From contig CALXPB010000003.1 in the NCBI GenBank assembly GCA_944390225.1, positions 29,905 to 93,904 on the forward strand: 64,000 nt of DNA, read 5' to 3'. Made by a program: the position numbers and the translations under genes. The stretch is from an uncultured Alphaproteobacteria bacterium. Its GTDB lineage: Bacteria > Pseudomonadota > Alphaproteobacteria > Rs-D84. The notes below the pieces were generated by a model, which was not told the DNA's origin, did no database searches, and was given only the letters and a program-made list of their open reading frames with translations. Shown here one piece after another: positions 29,832 to 39,338 of this stretch; position 1 is the stretch's first letter, and each line of letters opens with the position of its first letter.

Positions 29832-32441
29832 TTAATGTAATTTTCCGCAACAATGCTTATATTTCAGACCAGATCCGCAGGGGCAGAGCGCATTTCTACG
29901 AGCCTCTCCAGCCTGATTCAGAGCCGCATCATGTTGCGCCCGTTCTTTTTCTGTTGCTGCAACATCTTCTCGGGTTAACTCCATTCTGGAGATATAAGAA
30001 ATTGACATTAATTTAAAATTATTAATCGTATTTCTAAATAACCCCAAAGCCTCTTGTTTATATTCATACAAAGGATTTTTCTGAGCATATCCACGCAATC
30101 CAATTGCGGTTTGCAAGTAATCCATTTGTTGCAAATGACGCTTCCATACAGAATCCAATGCCCCAAGCATCATTTGACGAGATGCCATCTGCATTAGTTC
30201 CGGACCGTACTTTTCTAACTGTTGGTTATACCGACGCATAGCCAAACTTAATAATATTTCATATGCTTTTCTTTCTGTTATAGTTTCATCTGTCTTCCAT
30301 TTTTCTATATCTGTTATATCAAGCGCAAACGTACGCATCATGGTATCATGAATACCTTGAATATTCCAATCCATCGGTTGCGCTTTTTCGGGGATATTAT
30401 TTTCACAGATAAATTCAACCACATCTCCTATCATTTCTTTGGCCAGCGGAGATAAATCTTTTGATACCATTAAATCATCTCGTTGCTTATAAATGACATT
30501 ACGTTGTTCGTTCATAACGTCATCATATTTTAATAACTCTTTACGTGATTCAAAGTATCTAGCTTCTACACGTTTCTGCGCTTTTTCCAACGCTTTTGTA
30601 ATCCAAGGGTGTGTAATTGCCTCGCCAGTTTTTAAACCTAATGTTGTCAGCATACCATCCAATCGTGCTGCCCCGAATATGCGCATTAAATCGTCATCCA
30701 AAGCCAGAAAGAACTTTGAATCTCCGGGGTCTCCTTGACGTCCGCTACGCCCACGTAACTGATTATCAATACGTCTAGACTCATGCCTTTCCGTCCCGAT
30801 AACATATAAACCACCGGCTTCTAGTACTTGTTTTTTATTATTTTCTATTCTTTCATAAATTTCTTTTTTCTTTGACTCAAAATCTGGGTCTGCCGGATCA
30901 AGTGCAGCAATTAAATTTTCAGCGTTACCACCCAATTTAATATCAGTACCACGACCCGCCATATTAGTTGCAATCGTAAGAGCCCCCGGCGCACCAGCCT
31001 GAGCAACAATTTTTGCCTCTGATTCATGATGCTTTGCATTCAACACTGCCGGTTCTACCCCCAGTTTTTTACGAACTATCGAAGCCAATTCCTCAGACTT
31101 TTCTATGGAAACCGTACCCACAAGAACTGGTTGCTTCCTTTCCATACACTCTGCAATTTGTTTTATGATTGCGTCATATTTTTCTGCTTTATTGCGGTAT
31201 ATTTCATCATGGTGATCAATTCTAGCAACCGGTCGATTAGTAGGAATTGAAACAACGCGTAATTTATAAATTTCTTCAAATTCTGCGGCCTCTGTCATTG
31301 CGGTTCCCGTCATCCCAGATAAAGTAGGAAACAAACGGAATAAATTTTGATACGAAATACTAGAAACCGTCTGATTTTCAGGTTGAACCTTTACATGTTC
31401 CTTTGCCTCAATTGCCTGATGCAGTCCCTTACCAAAGCGTCTACCTGTCATAACACGTCCGGTAAATTCATCTACTATCAAGATTTCACCGTCTCGAACA
31501 ACATAATTCACATTTTTATGATATAAATTGTGCGCCAATAACGATTGTTGAATATGCATAACCAATGCGGCGTTCTCGGAAGCATACAAATTATCACCGA
31601 TTAATAATCCCGCTTCTTTTAAAAGTCTGGTCGCGGTATCTACACCGACTTCGGTTAAAGTAACATGACGATCTTTTTCATCTTTTTTAAAATCGTCCGG
31701 TCCCAGTTTAGAAACTACCACATCTACTTTCTCGTACAATTCACTGGTATCCTCGGCAGGACCCGAAATTATCAACGGTGTACGCGCTTCATCAATTAAA
31801 ATACTATCTACTTCATCAACTATTCCGAAAAACAAGGGACGCAGAACTTGTTGTTCTTTTGAAAACTTCATATTATCGCGCAAGTAATCGAAACCCAATT
31901 CAGAATTAGTTACATAAGTTATATCACAAGCATATGCATTACGACGCTCTTCATCGGTCATATCGTGCTGAATTACGCCGACAGACATACCCAAAAATTT
32001 ATAAACTTGCCCCATCCATTCCGCATCACGAGACGCCAAATAATCGTTTACTGTGACCAAATGCGCACCTTTGCCATACAAAGCCTTTAAATATAACGCC
32101 AAAGTCGCGACCAAAGTTTTACCTTCACCAGTTTTCATTTCAGCGATTTGACCGTTCGTTAAAACCATACCACCAATCATCTGAACATTGAAATGACGCA
32201 AACCTATGGTTCTGATAGAAGCCTCGCGTACTGCCGCGAACGCATCAGGTAAAATATTTTTTTCTTTTTCACCGTCTGCGATACGCTTTCGTAATAAATC
32301 TGTCTGCGAGCGCAATTCGTCATCAGACATTGCATGATATTTCGGCTCTAAATCATTGATTAACGATACAACTTTGTCATAAGACTTAACGATTCTGTCG
32401 TTTGCAGAACCCAGAACTTTTCCAATTAAATTTTTTAACAT
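29832..32441 (-). CDS. secA: Preprotein translocase ATPase SecA
   Basis: 869-aa ORF with Walker A MKTGEGKT, a DEAD-like DEVDS motif and a C-terminal zinc motif CPCGSGLKYKHCCG. Confidence 0.97.
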   Translation of the reverse strand: MLKNLIGKVLGSANDRIVKSYDKVVSLINDLEPKYHAMSDDELRSQTDLLRKRIADGEKEKNILPDAFAAVREASIRTIGLRHFNVQMIGGMVLTNGQIAEMKTGEGKTLVATLALYLKALYGKGAHLVTVNDYLASRDAEWMGQVYKFLGMSVGVIQHDMTDEERRNAYACDITYVTNSELGFDYLRDNMKFSKEQQVLRPLFFGIVDEVDSILIDEARTPLIISGPAEDTSELYEKVDVVVSKLGPDDFKKDEKDRHVTLTEVGVDTATRLLKEAGLLIGDNLYASENAALVMHIQQSLLAHNLYHKNVNYVVRDGEILIVDEFTGRVMTGRRFGKGLHQAIEAKEHVKVQPENQTVSSISYQNLFRLFPTLSGMTGTAMTEAAEFEEIYKLRVVSIPTNRPVARIDHHDEIYRNKAEKYDAIIKQIAECMERKQPVLVGTVSIEKSEELASIVRKKLGVEPAVLNAKHHESEAKIVAQAGAPGALTIATNMAGRGTDIKLGGNAENLIAALDPADPDFESKKKEIYERIENNKKQVLEAGGLYVIGTERHESRRIDNQLRGRSGRQGDPGDSKFFLALDDDLMRIFGAARLDGMLTTLGLKTGEAITHPWITKALEKAQKRVEARYFESRKELLKYDDVMNEQRNVIYKQRDDLMVSKDLSPLAKEMIGDVVEFICENNIPEKAQPMDWNIQGIHDTMMRTFALDITDIEKWKTDETITERKAYEILLSLAMRRYNQQLEKYGPELMQMASRQMMLGALDSVWKRHLQQMDYLQTAIGLRGYAQKNPLYEYKQEALGLFRNTINNFKLMSISYISRMELTREDVAATEKERAQHDAALNQAGEARRNALCPCGSGLKYKHCCGKLH

Positions 32442-32604
32442 ATTATTTCCTCATCTTATCTTGAATGGTATAGCAATTTTGCACCTTGCGGTCAAGATAC
32501 TTTATGATATAATGCATTAAGTAAAACAAACAAGTAGCAAAATTAAAGCATTTTTTCAACAATCTTTAATTTTACTCTTAAATCAATCAATTACGGGGGT
32601 CATC

Positions 32605-32820
32605 ATGAGAGAAAATGTGCAACGTCTTAGTCCTTCAAACATTACCAGTGAAGTTTTTGTAATTGCGCCGACGCAGATAGAATATATTGCTCAGATATTC
32701 GGTGATAGTGTTGCGGACGCTATGAATATGCGGACATTTGCTCAGAAAATTCGCCAGATAGCAGAACAATCTTTACGTACGGCGTTATCGGCAGCAAAGC
32801 ACCAAGGTGAAAGAAAGTAA
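32605..32820 (+). CDS. Small hypothetical protein (71 aa)
   Basis: The ORF has an ACGGGGG SD-like element upstream and a terminator downstream. No homology recognised. Confidence 0.35.
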   Translation: MRENVQRLSPSNITSEVFVIAPTQIEYIAQIFGDSVADAMNMRTFAQKIRQIAEQSLRTALSAAKHQGERK

Positions 32821-32850
32821 CAACATAAAAAACTAATTATTTTTTATAAT

Positions 32851-32879
32851 AAAAAAAATTCCGCTGATGCGGAATTTTT
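32851..32879. terminator. Bidirectional terminator between the 71-aa ORF and the 496-aa gene
   Basis: Hairpin aattccgc-tgat-gcggaatt with flanking A- and T-runs. Confidence 0.7.
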
Positions 32880-34368
32880 ACATACCATCATCATAAACAG
32901 AGTAGGTTATTGAACCATTTTTAACTCTTAATCTTCCTTTGGTTGCAGTGCTCATATTTCCATAATACGTGGTATCGTTTATACGAACGTTCAACGAAGG
33001 AGTCGTCTTTTTATTTTTACGAAGATAAATTTTTTCTCCGTCAAAATTCAATACGCGTCCACAATCATTTGCCTCGTCCGCAGCAGCACCGTATCCCCTT
33101 GTTGTTAACCCCGAGCCACAAGCATTTCTTGTACCTGTTTTACCCTGTGAGATTAAAGAAGCTGCCGCCCAGAAACCCCCGCCAACATTTGTACAAGTCG
33201 TATCATTTATATTTGCAAGATAACTTCCACCTGAACAAGATATCTTACAATCGTCTTCAGAATCATGATTCGTCGCTGCGGTACCGCTTATGGTGTAATT
33301 ATCCAAGCATTCATTCACCGTACTTATAGAACCCTGAACCAGTGCATGTCCCCCAACGTACCAGTTCCCCGCAGGAGTGGTACAGGTGCCATATGCTTCT
33401 GTAACTCTTGTTCCTGCAGCACAAGATATTTTACAATCCAAAGACGAATCATGATCCGCAGCATCTGTCGTTGACTTCGTTGAATATCCTGCTCTACAAC
33501 TTTTTACGTTAGTATCAGATGTTGACCCCGCTGGTACCGTATGAGCTGTAGTATACCAACTGCCCGTTGGTGTTGTACATAACCCGTTGGCTAATACTAC
33601 TTGTGTCCCTGCGGTACAAGATATTCTACAATCAGTTACTTCATCGTGATCTGCCGCCGTTGTTCCCGCTATGACATAACTTGTCGGACAGGCTGTCGCC
33701 TCTGGTGATGTACTGCCATATGAAACAAGGTGTTCACCAATATAAACATTTCCGTTGCTAATTGCAGTACAAGTTCCTTTTGCCGAAAGTACTCGATAAC
33801 CACCATCACACATTATTTTGCAATCCTGCATCTTTGATTTACCGTCAGATAAATCATCCTGATAATTAATAGGACACGTATTCTGTACCCCATTTACACA
33901 ATATGTTGCACCTGTACATTGCGCTTGTCCTGTACGTGTTGTTTCTGATGTTCCACCTGTTGAATAATAACCTCTATCCACAGTATAACGTCCCTGTTCA
34001 ACACTAGCTTTTGGGAACGAGCCCCCAGGGCAGTAATAATTTGCACCACCACATGGGGTACACTTTGTTACGTTAGGTGGTAGATAATTTCCCGGAGAAC
34101 ATTGTATTAAATTAGAAGAAGGACACGTCGTTCCACCAGCACATTCAGCCGTATTACTATATACAGAACAAGGACGACAAGCATTTCCTGCAACTGGTTC
34201 AGGATAACATTCTGTTGAAGAAGATGATTTTGTCATATAATAACCGGGATTACAACTGCTGTATTGTATTTCTGTTGGGCATGTATACCCAGCAGCAAAA
34301 ACCTTACCCACGCAAAAAAGCACGCATAAAAAAACAACATACCGCAGAAAACGAAACATTCTTCTCAC
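32878..34368 (-). CDS. Secreted Cys-rich repeat protein
   Basis: 496-aa ORF with a signal peptide (ending GKVFAAG). I count 33 Cys by hand. The N-terminal part has C..C..G.YY modules, four ~63-aa repeats follow, and the C-terminal ~60 aa are Cys-free and beta-rich. Confidence 0.7.
   Translation of the reverse strand: MRRMFRFLRYVVFLCVLFCVGKVFAAGYTCPTEIQYSSCNPGYYMTKSSSSTECYPEPVAGNACRPCSVYSNTAECAGGTTCPSSNLIQCSPGNYLPPNVTKCTPCGGANYYCPGGSFPKASVEQGRYTVDRGYYSTGGTSETTRTGQAQCTGATYCVNGVQNTCPINYQDDLSDGKSKMQDCKIMCDGGYRVLSAKGTCTAISNGNVYIGEHLVSYGSTSPEATACPTSYVIAGTTAADHDEVTDCRISCTAGTQVVLANGLCTTPTGSWYTTAHTVPAGSTSDTNVKSCRAGYSTKSTTDAADHDSSLDCKISCAAGTRVTEAYGTCTTPAGNWYVGGHALVQGSISTVNECLDNYTISGTAATNHDSEDDCKISCSGGSYLANINDTTCTNVGGGFWAAASLISQGKTGTRNACGSGLTTRGYGAAADEANDCGRVLNFDGEKIYLRKNKKTTPSLNVRINDTTYYGNMSTATKGRLRVKNGSITYSVYDDGM
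33061..33825 (-). repeat. Four tandem ~63-aa repeats (4 Cys each) inside the 496-aa protein
   Basis: DC(K/R)I(S/M)C recurs at aa 182, 246, 311 and 373, with a partial DCGR at aa 435. Each unit reads DCxIxC...G.CT...(W/Y)...GS.S...C...Y...AADHD...DC. Confidence 0.75.
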
Positions 34369-34485
34369 TTCTTTTTATCTTTTATTTCTATTTTAAGAAA
34401 AAAGCACTATGTGTTGCAAGTAAAAAATTTCCTTTATTCTTTTTTTTAATTGCAAAGGCACGAAAGCCTGATAAAATTTATAATG

Positions 34486-34802
34486 CAGATGCGCGGAGCA
34501 TAGCCGTCTGAACAGGGCGGAGGAAAGTCCGGACTGCTTGGGACAGCATATCGGCTAATGACCGAGCGGAGCGATCCGACGATTAGAGCAACAGAGACGA
34601 ATCGATTTATTTCGAGTGAAACGGGCAATCTCTATGCGCAGCAACTTCAAATAGGTCCCCTATACAAGTCCCAAGTCGGGGACGGGTAGAAGGCTTGACA
34701 TCTTGTGGCAACACATTATGCAGATTAATTATGCTCGCTACCTTGATTTGGTTTTAAAATACTGGATCTTGGCAGAACAGAATCCGGCTTATAGCGCATC
34801 TG
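34486..34802 (+). ncRNA. rnpB: RNase P RNA, bacterial type A, compact (~317 nt)
   Basis: Conserved blocks GGAGGAAAGTCCGG, GCAACAGAGA, GTGAAACGGG, CAAATAGG, CGGGTAGAAGGCTTGA and ACAGAATCCGGCTTAT appear in the correct order. P1 pairs cagatgcgc with gcgcatctg. The ends are approximate. Confidence 0.85.
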
Positions 34803-34803
34803 T

Positions 34804-34831
34804 TAAAAAAACGCCTATCGGGCGTTTTTTT
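34804..34831. terminator. Bidirectional terminator shared by rnpB and tolA
   Basis: Hairpin aaaaaaacgcc-tatcg-ggcgttttttt. Confidence 0.75.
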
Positions 34832-35597
34832 ACATAACTTTTCCTTGGGTAGGATAAAAAGTAAGTTGAATCTTTTCCCATTTATCAAATTCACCGGTCG
34901 GTAACATCCTGAACGGTTGACACGTATCTATTGCCCGACGAATAGTGCCAAGTACATATGCAAACGCAGAATCTGTTTCTTCACGCGCAGCAGATTCAAA
35001 CCATAAATCACGAACTGTACCGTTTCTACGCATAGTTAAATGCGCAACTGCCCGAATATTTTCTATTCCAGGATATGTCGTATCAATTACCCAGCACCGT
35101 GTCATTGCAACTCGCAAAGCATCCACAACAGAAACGGTCAAAGTTCTGTCCAAGGACACGACCTCGCGATTTACACGAACAACTGTTTTTTTCTTTTTAG
35201 GTTTAGGTGCTTCTTCTTTTATTTGTTCTTTTTTATCTTCCGGTTTTTCCGATTCTATTATCGGTTCTTTTTTCTCTTCTATTACGCTTGGTGTTTCTAT
35301 CGGTGTTTCTTCTATGGGCACAGGTTCCTCAATTTTAGGTTGTTCTTCTTTTTTTTCTTCTTCTGCAACTGCCGGTTCCGGTTCTAAATCGGGGTTTACA
35401 TTATGTAAAACGGTCTCATCACCGCTGACACGTACAGAATTTAAATCTATCTCTGTTATTTCTATACGATCTGGTGCAACCATTTTTGCACGATCTACAA
35501 CGATAACAAAAGAGGTTACCATTATAGCAATTAACACCAAATGTCCTAAAACGGATAACAATATATTTTCTGATGAAAATCTGTCTATAAAACTCAT
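34830..35597 (-). CDS. tolA: TolA-like cell envelope protein
   Basis: 255-aa ORF immediately after tolQ-tolR. It has an N-terminal TM helix, a Glu/Lys/Pro-rich linker and a TonB/TolA-like C-terminal domain. Confidence 0.65.
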   Translation of the reverse strand: MSFIDRFSSENILLSVLGHLVLIAIMVTSFVIVVDRAKMVAPDRIEITEIDLNSVRVSGDETVLHNVNPDLEPEPAVAEEEKKEEQPKIEEPVPIEETPIETPSVIEEKKEPIIESEKPEDKKEQIKEEAPKPKKKKTVVRVNREVVSLDRTLTVSVVDALRVAMTRCWVIDTTYPGIENIRAVAHLTMRRNGTVRDLWFESAAREETDSAFAYVLGTIRRAIDTCQPFRMLPTGEFDKWEKIQLTFYPTQGKVM

Positions 35598-35603
35598 ATT
35601 TTA

Positions 35604-36005
35604 TCAATCGTCTATTTGCGTTCTAAGCCCGACACGTTGAAAACCGGCATCTTTTAGACGCCCCATAACAGCCATAACAGCGCCATAATCGGCACTTTTA
35701 TCACCGCTTATCATTATTGTTAACATCGGGTTTTCACCGCGCATAGCAATGACACGCTTTACAGCGTCATCCAAAGATAGTTGCGTTTCTCCTACAAAAT
35801 ATTGACCGGCGGAATTGACGCTTATCTGTATTGCATGGTCATTACCAGACAATGCAAAGTGTCCTGCGCGTGGCAAATCTAACTCTATACCAGTCGTCAA
35901 CATAGGCGTAGTAACCATGAAAACGGCCAATAATACCGTCATGATATCAATCATAGGTGTTAACGATATACTGGCATCTGAGTTTCTTAATCTTCTACGA
36001 GACAT
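35604..36005 (-). CDS. tolR: TolR/ExbD family protein
   Basis: 133-aa ORF with SLTPMIDIMTVLLAVFMV, a typical ExbD/TolR N-terminus. Confidence 0.85.
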   Translation of the reverse strand: MSRRRLRNSDASISLTPMIDIMTVLLAVFMVTTPMLTTGIELDLPRAGHFALSGNDHAIQISVNSAGQYFVGETQLSLDDAVKRVIAMRGENPMLTIMISGDKSADYGAVMAVMGRLKDAGFQRVGLRTQIDD

Positions 36006-36010
36006 ATTCT

Positions 36011-36520
36011 TTACTCTTTTTTATTTTTTGAGATACATGTTTGTAATTCCATGCTTGATTCTTTCAAATCATCATATAACAAATCAGCTTTTTTTACAAA
36101 ATATTGGTATGCTATTGCTGCCGGTACAGCCGCAATCAACCCCAGCGCAGTCGTTCCCAGTGCAGTAGCCAGACCAGGAGCAATAACACCTATGCTTACC
36201 GATTGATTTACACCTATTGAGGCAAAAGAATCCATTACCCCCCAAATCGTACCAAACAAACCTATAAAAGGTGCAACATATGAAACCATTGACAAGAACC
36301 ATAAATTCTTATCAAACGGTTTTATTAATTTATCCGCTATTACTACTAAATTATCACTATTTTTAATTTTTACCGGATGCTTTTTCTGAATTCTCCATAC
36401 ACGAATTTTTTCAATTATTATTGCCCAAGATATTATACTGCCCAAAACCAATAATATTGATATGAACAAAGTCATTAAATCACCCGTAAATAATGTAGCC
36501 AATGAAAATGTATTTGTCAT
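36011..36520 (-). CDS. tolQ: TolQ/ExbB family proton channel (short form)
   Basis: 169-aa ORF with the MotA/TolQ/ExbB C-terminal motif APGLATALGTTALGLIAAVPA. Confidence 0.85.
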   Translation of the reverse strand: MTNTFSLATLFTGDLMTLFISILLVLGSIISWAIIIEKIRVWRIQKKHPVKIKNSDNLVVIADKLIKPFDKNLWFLSMVSYVAPFIGLFGTIWGVMDSFASIGVNQSVSIGVIAPGLATALGTTALGLIAAVPAAIAYQYFVKKADLLYDDLKESSMELQTCISKNKKE

Positions 36521-36918
36521 TTTTTCCCCTTTTTATTTGCCATTAACGATAGTTTGTTTATTATGCTATCTGGTATTTTTTTAGGACGCATATTTTTCCC
36601 GATATAAGCGATTGTTATATTTATTATAGCATAAATTTCACCGTCTTTCACGAACTTTTGTTCAACAGACATTGAAACTGCTCCCATTTTTAATATGCTA
36701 CTTTCAACATAGAAATCGTCGGCCAGATGAAGCGGACGAATATATTTTATATTCAGTTCACTTACAACAAAGCCTATATCCCCCTTTGGAAGTTCTATTC
36801 CGTGCAACCATTGCATACGAGCCCGTTCTGCAAATTCTATATACCTACCATGATAAACTATACCCCCAGCATCCGTATCCGCATATGCAACAGAAAAAGA
36901 GAATTTATAACTTTTCAT
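36517..36918 (-). CDS. ybgC: YbgC-type acyl-CoA thioesterase (hotdog fold)
   Basis: 133-aa ORF with VAYADTDAGGIVYHGRYIEFAERAR, a 4HBT/YbgC motif. It overlaps the tolQ start by 4 nt. Confidence 0.8.
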   Translation of the reverse strand: MKSYKFSFSVAYADTDAGGIVYHGRYIEFAERARMQWLHGIELPKGDIGFVVSELNIKYIRPLHLADDFYVESSILKMGAVSMSVEQKFVKDGEIYAIINITIAYIGKNMRPKKIPDSIINKLSLMANKKGKK

Positions 36919-37531
36919 TTTTCACCTCGATAAAAACGCTTGCGTCTATGCCAAGTTCTTTTTTCAGTCTTTCAGAAACTCTTTTTTTTATTTCATCAAA
37001 AACGTTTCTTAAAACCGGCTCGAAATCAAATTTAGCAGCAAACTCTTCCGAAAAAAATAATTTCCAATAAAAATTATCGTTATATGTGCCGACATAACTT
37101 AAATCTTTTGCGCACAGGTGCTGAACAGTTGTGTCTAAGATGTCCAAAGCCTTTACCAATTTTGATTCTGCAGATTCTCGTAATTCATATTCATTAAAAC
37201 AGCATTTTATATCCTCATTCCCGAGCATATTGATTATTTTTGAAACTGCGATTGCTTCTTGTTTATGCTTTTCTTGACGCACGACCTCGTTTTGTTGATG
37301 CAAAGGTATATCATGTGCAACCGCTTCTGGTAAATCATGCAATATGCATAATTTTAGAACCCTTGTCATATCAAAGGATGCAGAAAAATAAGGTTGTAAA
37401 GCTATCGCCATCATTGCCATATTCCAAGAATGCGAAGCAACTGACTGCTGAGTGTCATCCGACATACGCGTTAACCTGTATTCGCATTCTAATCTTTCTG
37501 CGATTTTCAAAAAATCTACGACTTCCTTCAT
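36905..37531 (-). CDS. HD-domain phosphohydrolase (YfbR-like)
   Basis: 208-aa ORF with H...HD...D metal ligands (SVASHSWNMAMMA, ILHDLPEAVAHDIP). Confidence 0.75.
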   Translation of the reverse strand: MKEVVDFLKIAERLECEYRLTRMSDDTQQSVASHSWNMAMMAIALQPYFSASFDMTRVLKLCILHDLPEAVAHDIPLHQQNEVVRQEKHKQEAIAVSKIINMLGNEDIKCCFNEYELRESAESKLVKALDILDTTVQHLCAKDLSYVGTYNDNFYWKLFFSEEFAAKFDFEPVLRNVFDEIKKRVSERLKKELGIDASVFIEVKNEKL

Positions 37532-37542
37532 TTTAATATTGC

Positions 37543-38532
37543 TTATTTTTCAAGTCCCAAATGGGCATAACCGGAATCTGTTATTATTCGCCCACGTGGT
37601 GTGCGTTGAATGAACCCCAGTTGCATAAGATAAGGTTCAATAACATCTTCTATGGTATCGGCAGGTTCCGACAGTGCTGCCGACAGATTTTCAATTCCGA
37701 CAGGACCGCCGGCATAATGTTTTATAATTGTGCACATATACTCTCGGTCAATTTCATCCAACCCACATTCATCTATGTGCAGTTGCACCAAAGTGGTCTT
37801 TATTGTATCGGCAGAAATTTCACTTCTGCCCAAAGCAGCAGCAAAATCACGGGCGCGCTTTAATAACCTGTTTGCAATACGCGGTGTTCCTCTGGAACTC
37901 TGAGCCAACATTTCCGCCCCTGTTTCATCGATAGAAGTTCCCAGAATGTTTGCGCTACGTACTATAATTTTTGCCAAATCTTTTGGTGAATAGAACGATA
38001 GACGTAAATCAATACCGAACCTATCACGCAACGGATTCGACAGTAAACCTGTTCTAGTAGTTGCACCAACCAAAGTAAAAGGGGGCAGGTCAATTCTTAC
38101 GCTTTTTGCGCTGGGGCCTTCGCCCAACATTATATCCAACTTAAAATCTTCCATCGCTGAATATAAGACTTCTTCAATTGCGGTCGGCAGACGATGAATT
38201 TCATCAATGAACAAAACGTCCATAGGTTCCAGTGAAGTCAAAATCGCTGCTAGATCCCCTTGTTTAGTTAGCATCGGAGCAGAAGTCGCCCTAAAATTAG
38301 TTCCCAGTTCATTTGCCACGATATGAGCCAACGTTGTCTTACCAAGCCCTGGGGGACCGTATAGTAAAACATGATCCATCGCTTCACCCCGACTTTTTGC
38401 ACCGGATATGAAGACAGACAAATTCTGCTTTAACCCCTCGTGCCCGATGAAGTCCGATAAAGTATGCGGACGAATGGAGGCGACCATTTCATCTGGAATA
38501 TTTGGATCTAGAAATCGGTTATTTGTTTGCAC
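37543..38532 (-). CDS. ruvB: Holliday junction branch migration helicase RuvB
   Basis: 329-aa ORF with Walker [10 protein letters not shown], Walker B LFIDEIH and the sensor [16 protein letters not shown]. Confidence 0.95.
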   Translation of the reverse strand: MQTNNRFLDPNIPDEMVASIRPHTLSDFIGHEGLKQNLSVFISGAKSRGEAMDHVLLYGPPGLGKTTLAHIVANELGTNFRATSAPMLTKQGDLAAILTSLEPMDVLFIDEIHRLPTAIEEVLYSAMEDFKLDIMLGEGPSAKSVRIDLPPFTLVGATTRTGLLSNPLRDRFGIDLRLSFYSPKDLAKIIVRSANILGTSIDETGAEMLAQSSRGTPRIANRLLKRARDFAAALGRSEISADTIKTTLVQLHIDECGLDEIDREYMCTIIKHYAGGPVGIENLSAALSEPADTIEDVIEPYLMQLGFIQRTPRGRIITDSGYAHLGLEK

Positions 38533-38543
38533 TGGTCTGCACC

Positions 38544-39203
38544 TTATAGAAGTTTACTTTCGGCGTTTTCGCGCCCAACATACGCCTTTAAATCGTTATA
38601 CATCTGGCGTAAATCTGCGGGCTGAGAATAATTTTCATCAGAGTTTTTTATTCGAATTGTTTCTAAATCTATCTGAGCCTGTTTTTTAAGAATCTGCGTT
38701 AAATGAGTGGCAAATACTTTTGCATCATCTGATTCTGATGCACCCTGTAAAAGCAACCCACGATTTGGACGCGGTGACAAAAACGCAAAGTCTGATATCG
38801 ATGGGTCTGGTGAAACCAAAGCAAAACCAGAGACCTCGGGTCGACGCATCATGGCCTGTAAGACATACCAAGCCCCTAACTGATTACCCGCCAACCAGAT
38901 TTTATCGCTATCTTCATTTCTGTTCTGAATCCAATCTATTACGGTTGCGATGTCCAGCATATTTTCAGAAGTAGTTCCAATAGCCCCTTCGGAATCGTTT
39001 ACGCCACGATAATTAAAGCGTACCACAGAAAATCCAGCATCCATAAACGCACGAAACATTGCATATGAAATTCTGTCGTTCATATGATATTTTTGCCTTG
39101 GATTCCCAGACAGAATGACTGCTAATGGTGCGGCAACCGCATCGGCCTTATGATAAACCGCGTGCAATTTACCGGCCTCGCCAGAAATTACGATATCAAC
39201 CAT
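38544..39203 (-). CDS. Alpha/beta-hydrolase-fold protein with a non-canonical nucleophile elbow
   Basis: 219-aa [15 protein letters not shown] and [10 protein letters not shown] align to the COG2945-type hydrolases as I recall them, but GxSxG reads GNQLG here. Confidence 0.65.
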   Translation of the reverse strand: MVDIVISGEAGKLHAVYHKADAVAAPLAVILSGNPRQKYHMNDRISYAMFRAFMDAGFSVVRFNYRGVNDSEGAIGTTSENMLDIATVIDWIQNRNEDSDKIWLAGNQLGAWYVLQAMMRRPEVSGFALVSPDPSISDFAFLSPRPNRGLLLQGASESDDAKVFATHLTQILKKQAQIDLETIRIKNSDENYSQPADLRQMYNDLKAYVGRENAESKLL

Positions 39204-39338
39204 TTTTTAATCCTTAACTTTTAATCCTTTTTTACTTTATAGAACAAAATTGATGTATTTTTCAATAAAAATATTTTTGCTTTGACAGGGAGGCTCAGAA
39301 TGTTCTAAGATTCTCTCAGAGAGAAAAAGGGCTTTGAC

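Noticed and set aside
34945-35640. A 231-aa plus-strand ORF, together with similar long ORFs at 47457-48008 (minus), 23712-24140 (minus), 8835-9131 (plus), 12807-13220 (plus), 730-1149 (minus), 40636-40980 (minus) and 44306-44746 (minus).
   Set aside because: All lie antisense to, or in alternative frames of, well-supported genes (tolA, rpsA, the 803-aa gene, rpsP, the LysM gene, recN, the response regulator, tig). Their translations are low-complexity or Ser/Phe/Arg-rich junk, typical of shadow ORFs over biased sequence.
39204-39338. There is a strand-bias switch here. Nearly all genes from 1.7 to 39.2 kb are on the minus strand, and those from 39.3 to 48.7 kb are on the plus strand, diverging at this 135-nt spacer. 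I considered a replication origin.
   Set aside because: The spacer is short. It contains no cluster of DnaA-box-like (TTATCCACA) or CtrA-box (TTAA-N7-TTAA) motifs that I can find. Gene orientation becomes mixed again after 48.7 kb. GC skew could not be computed by eye.
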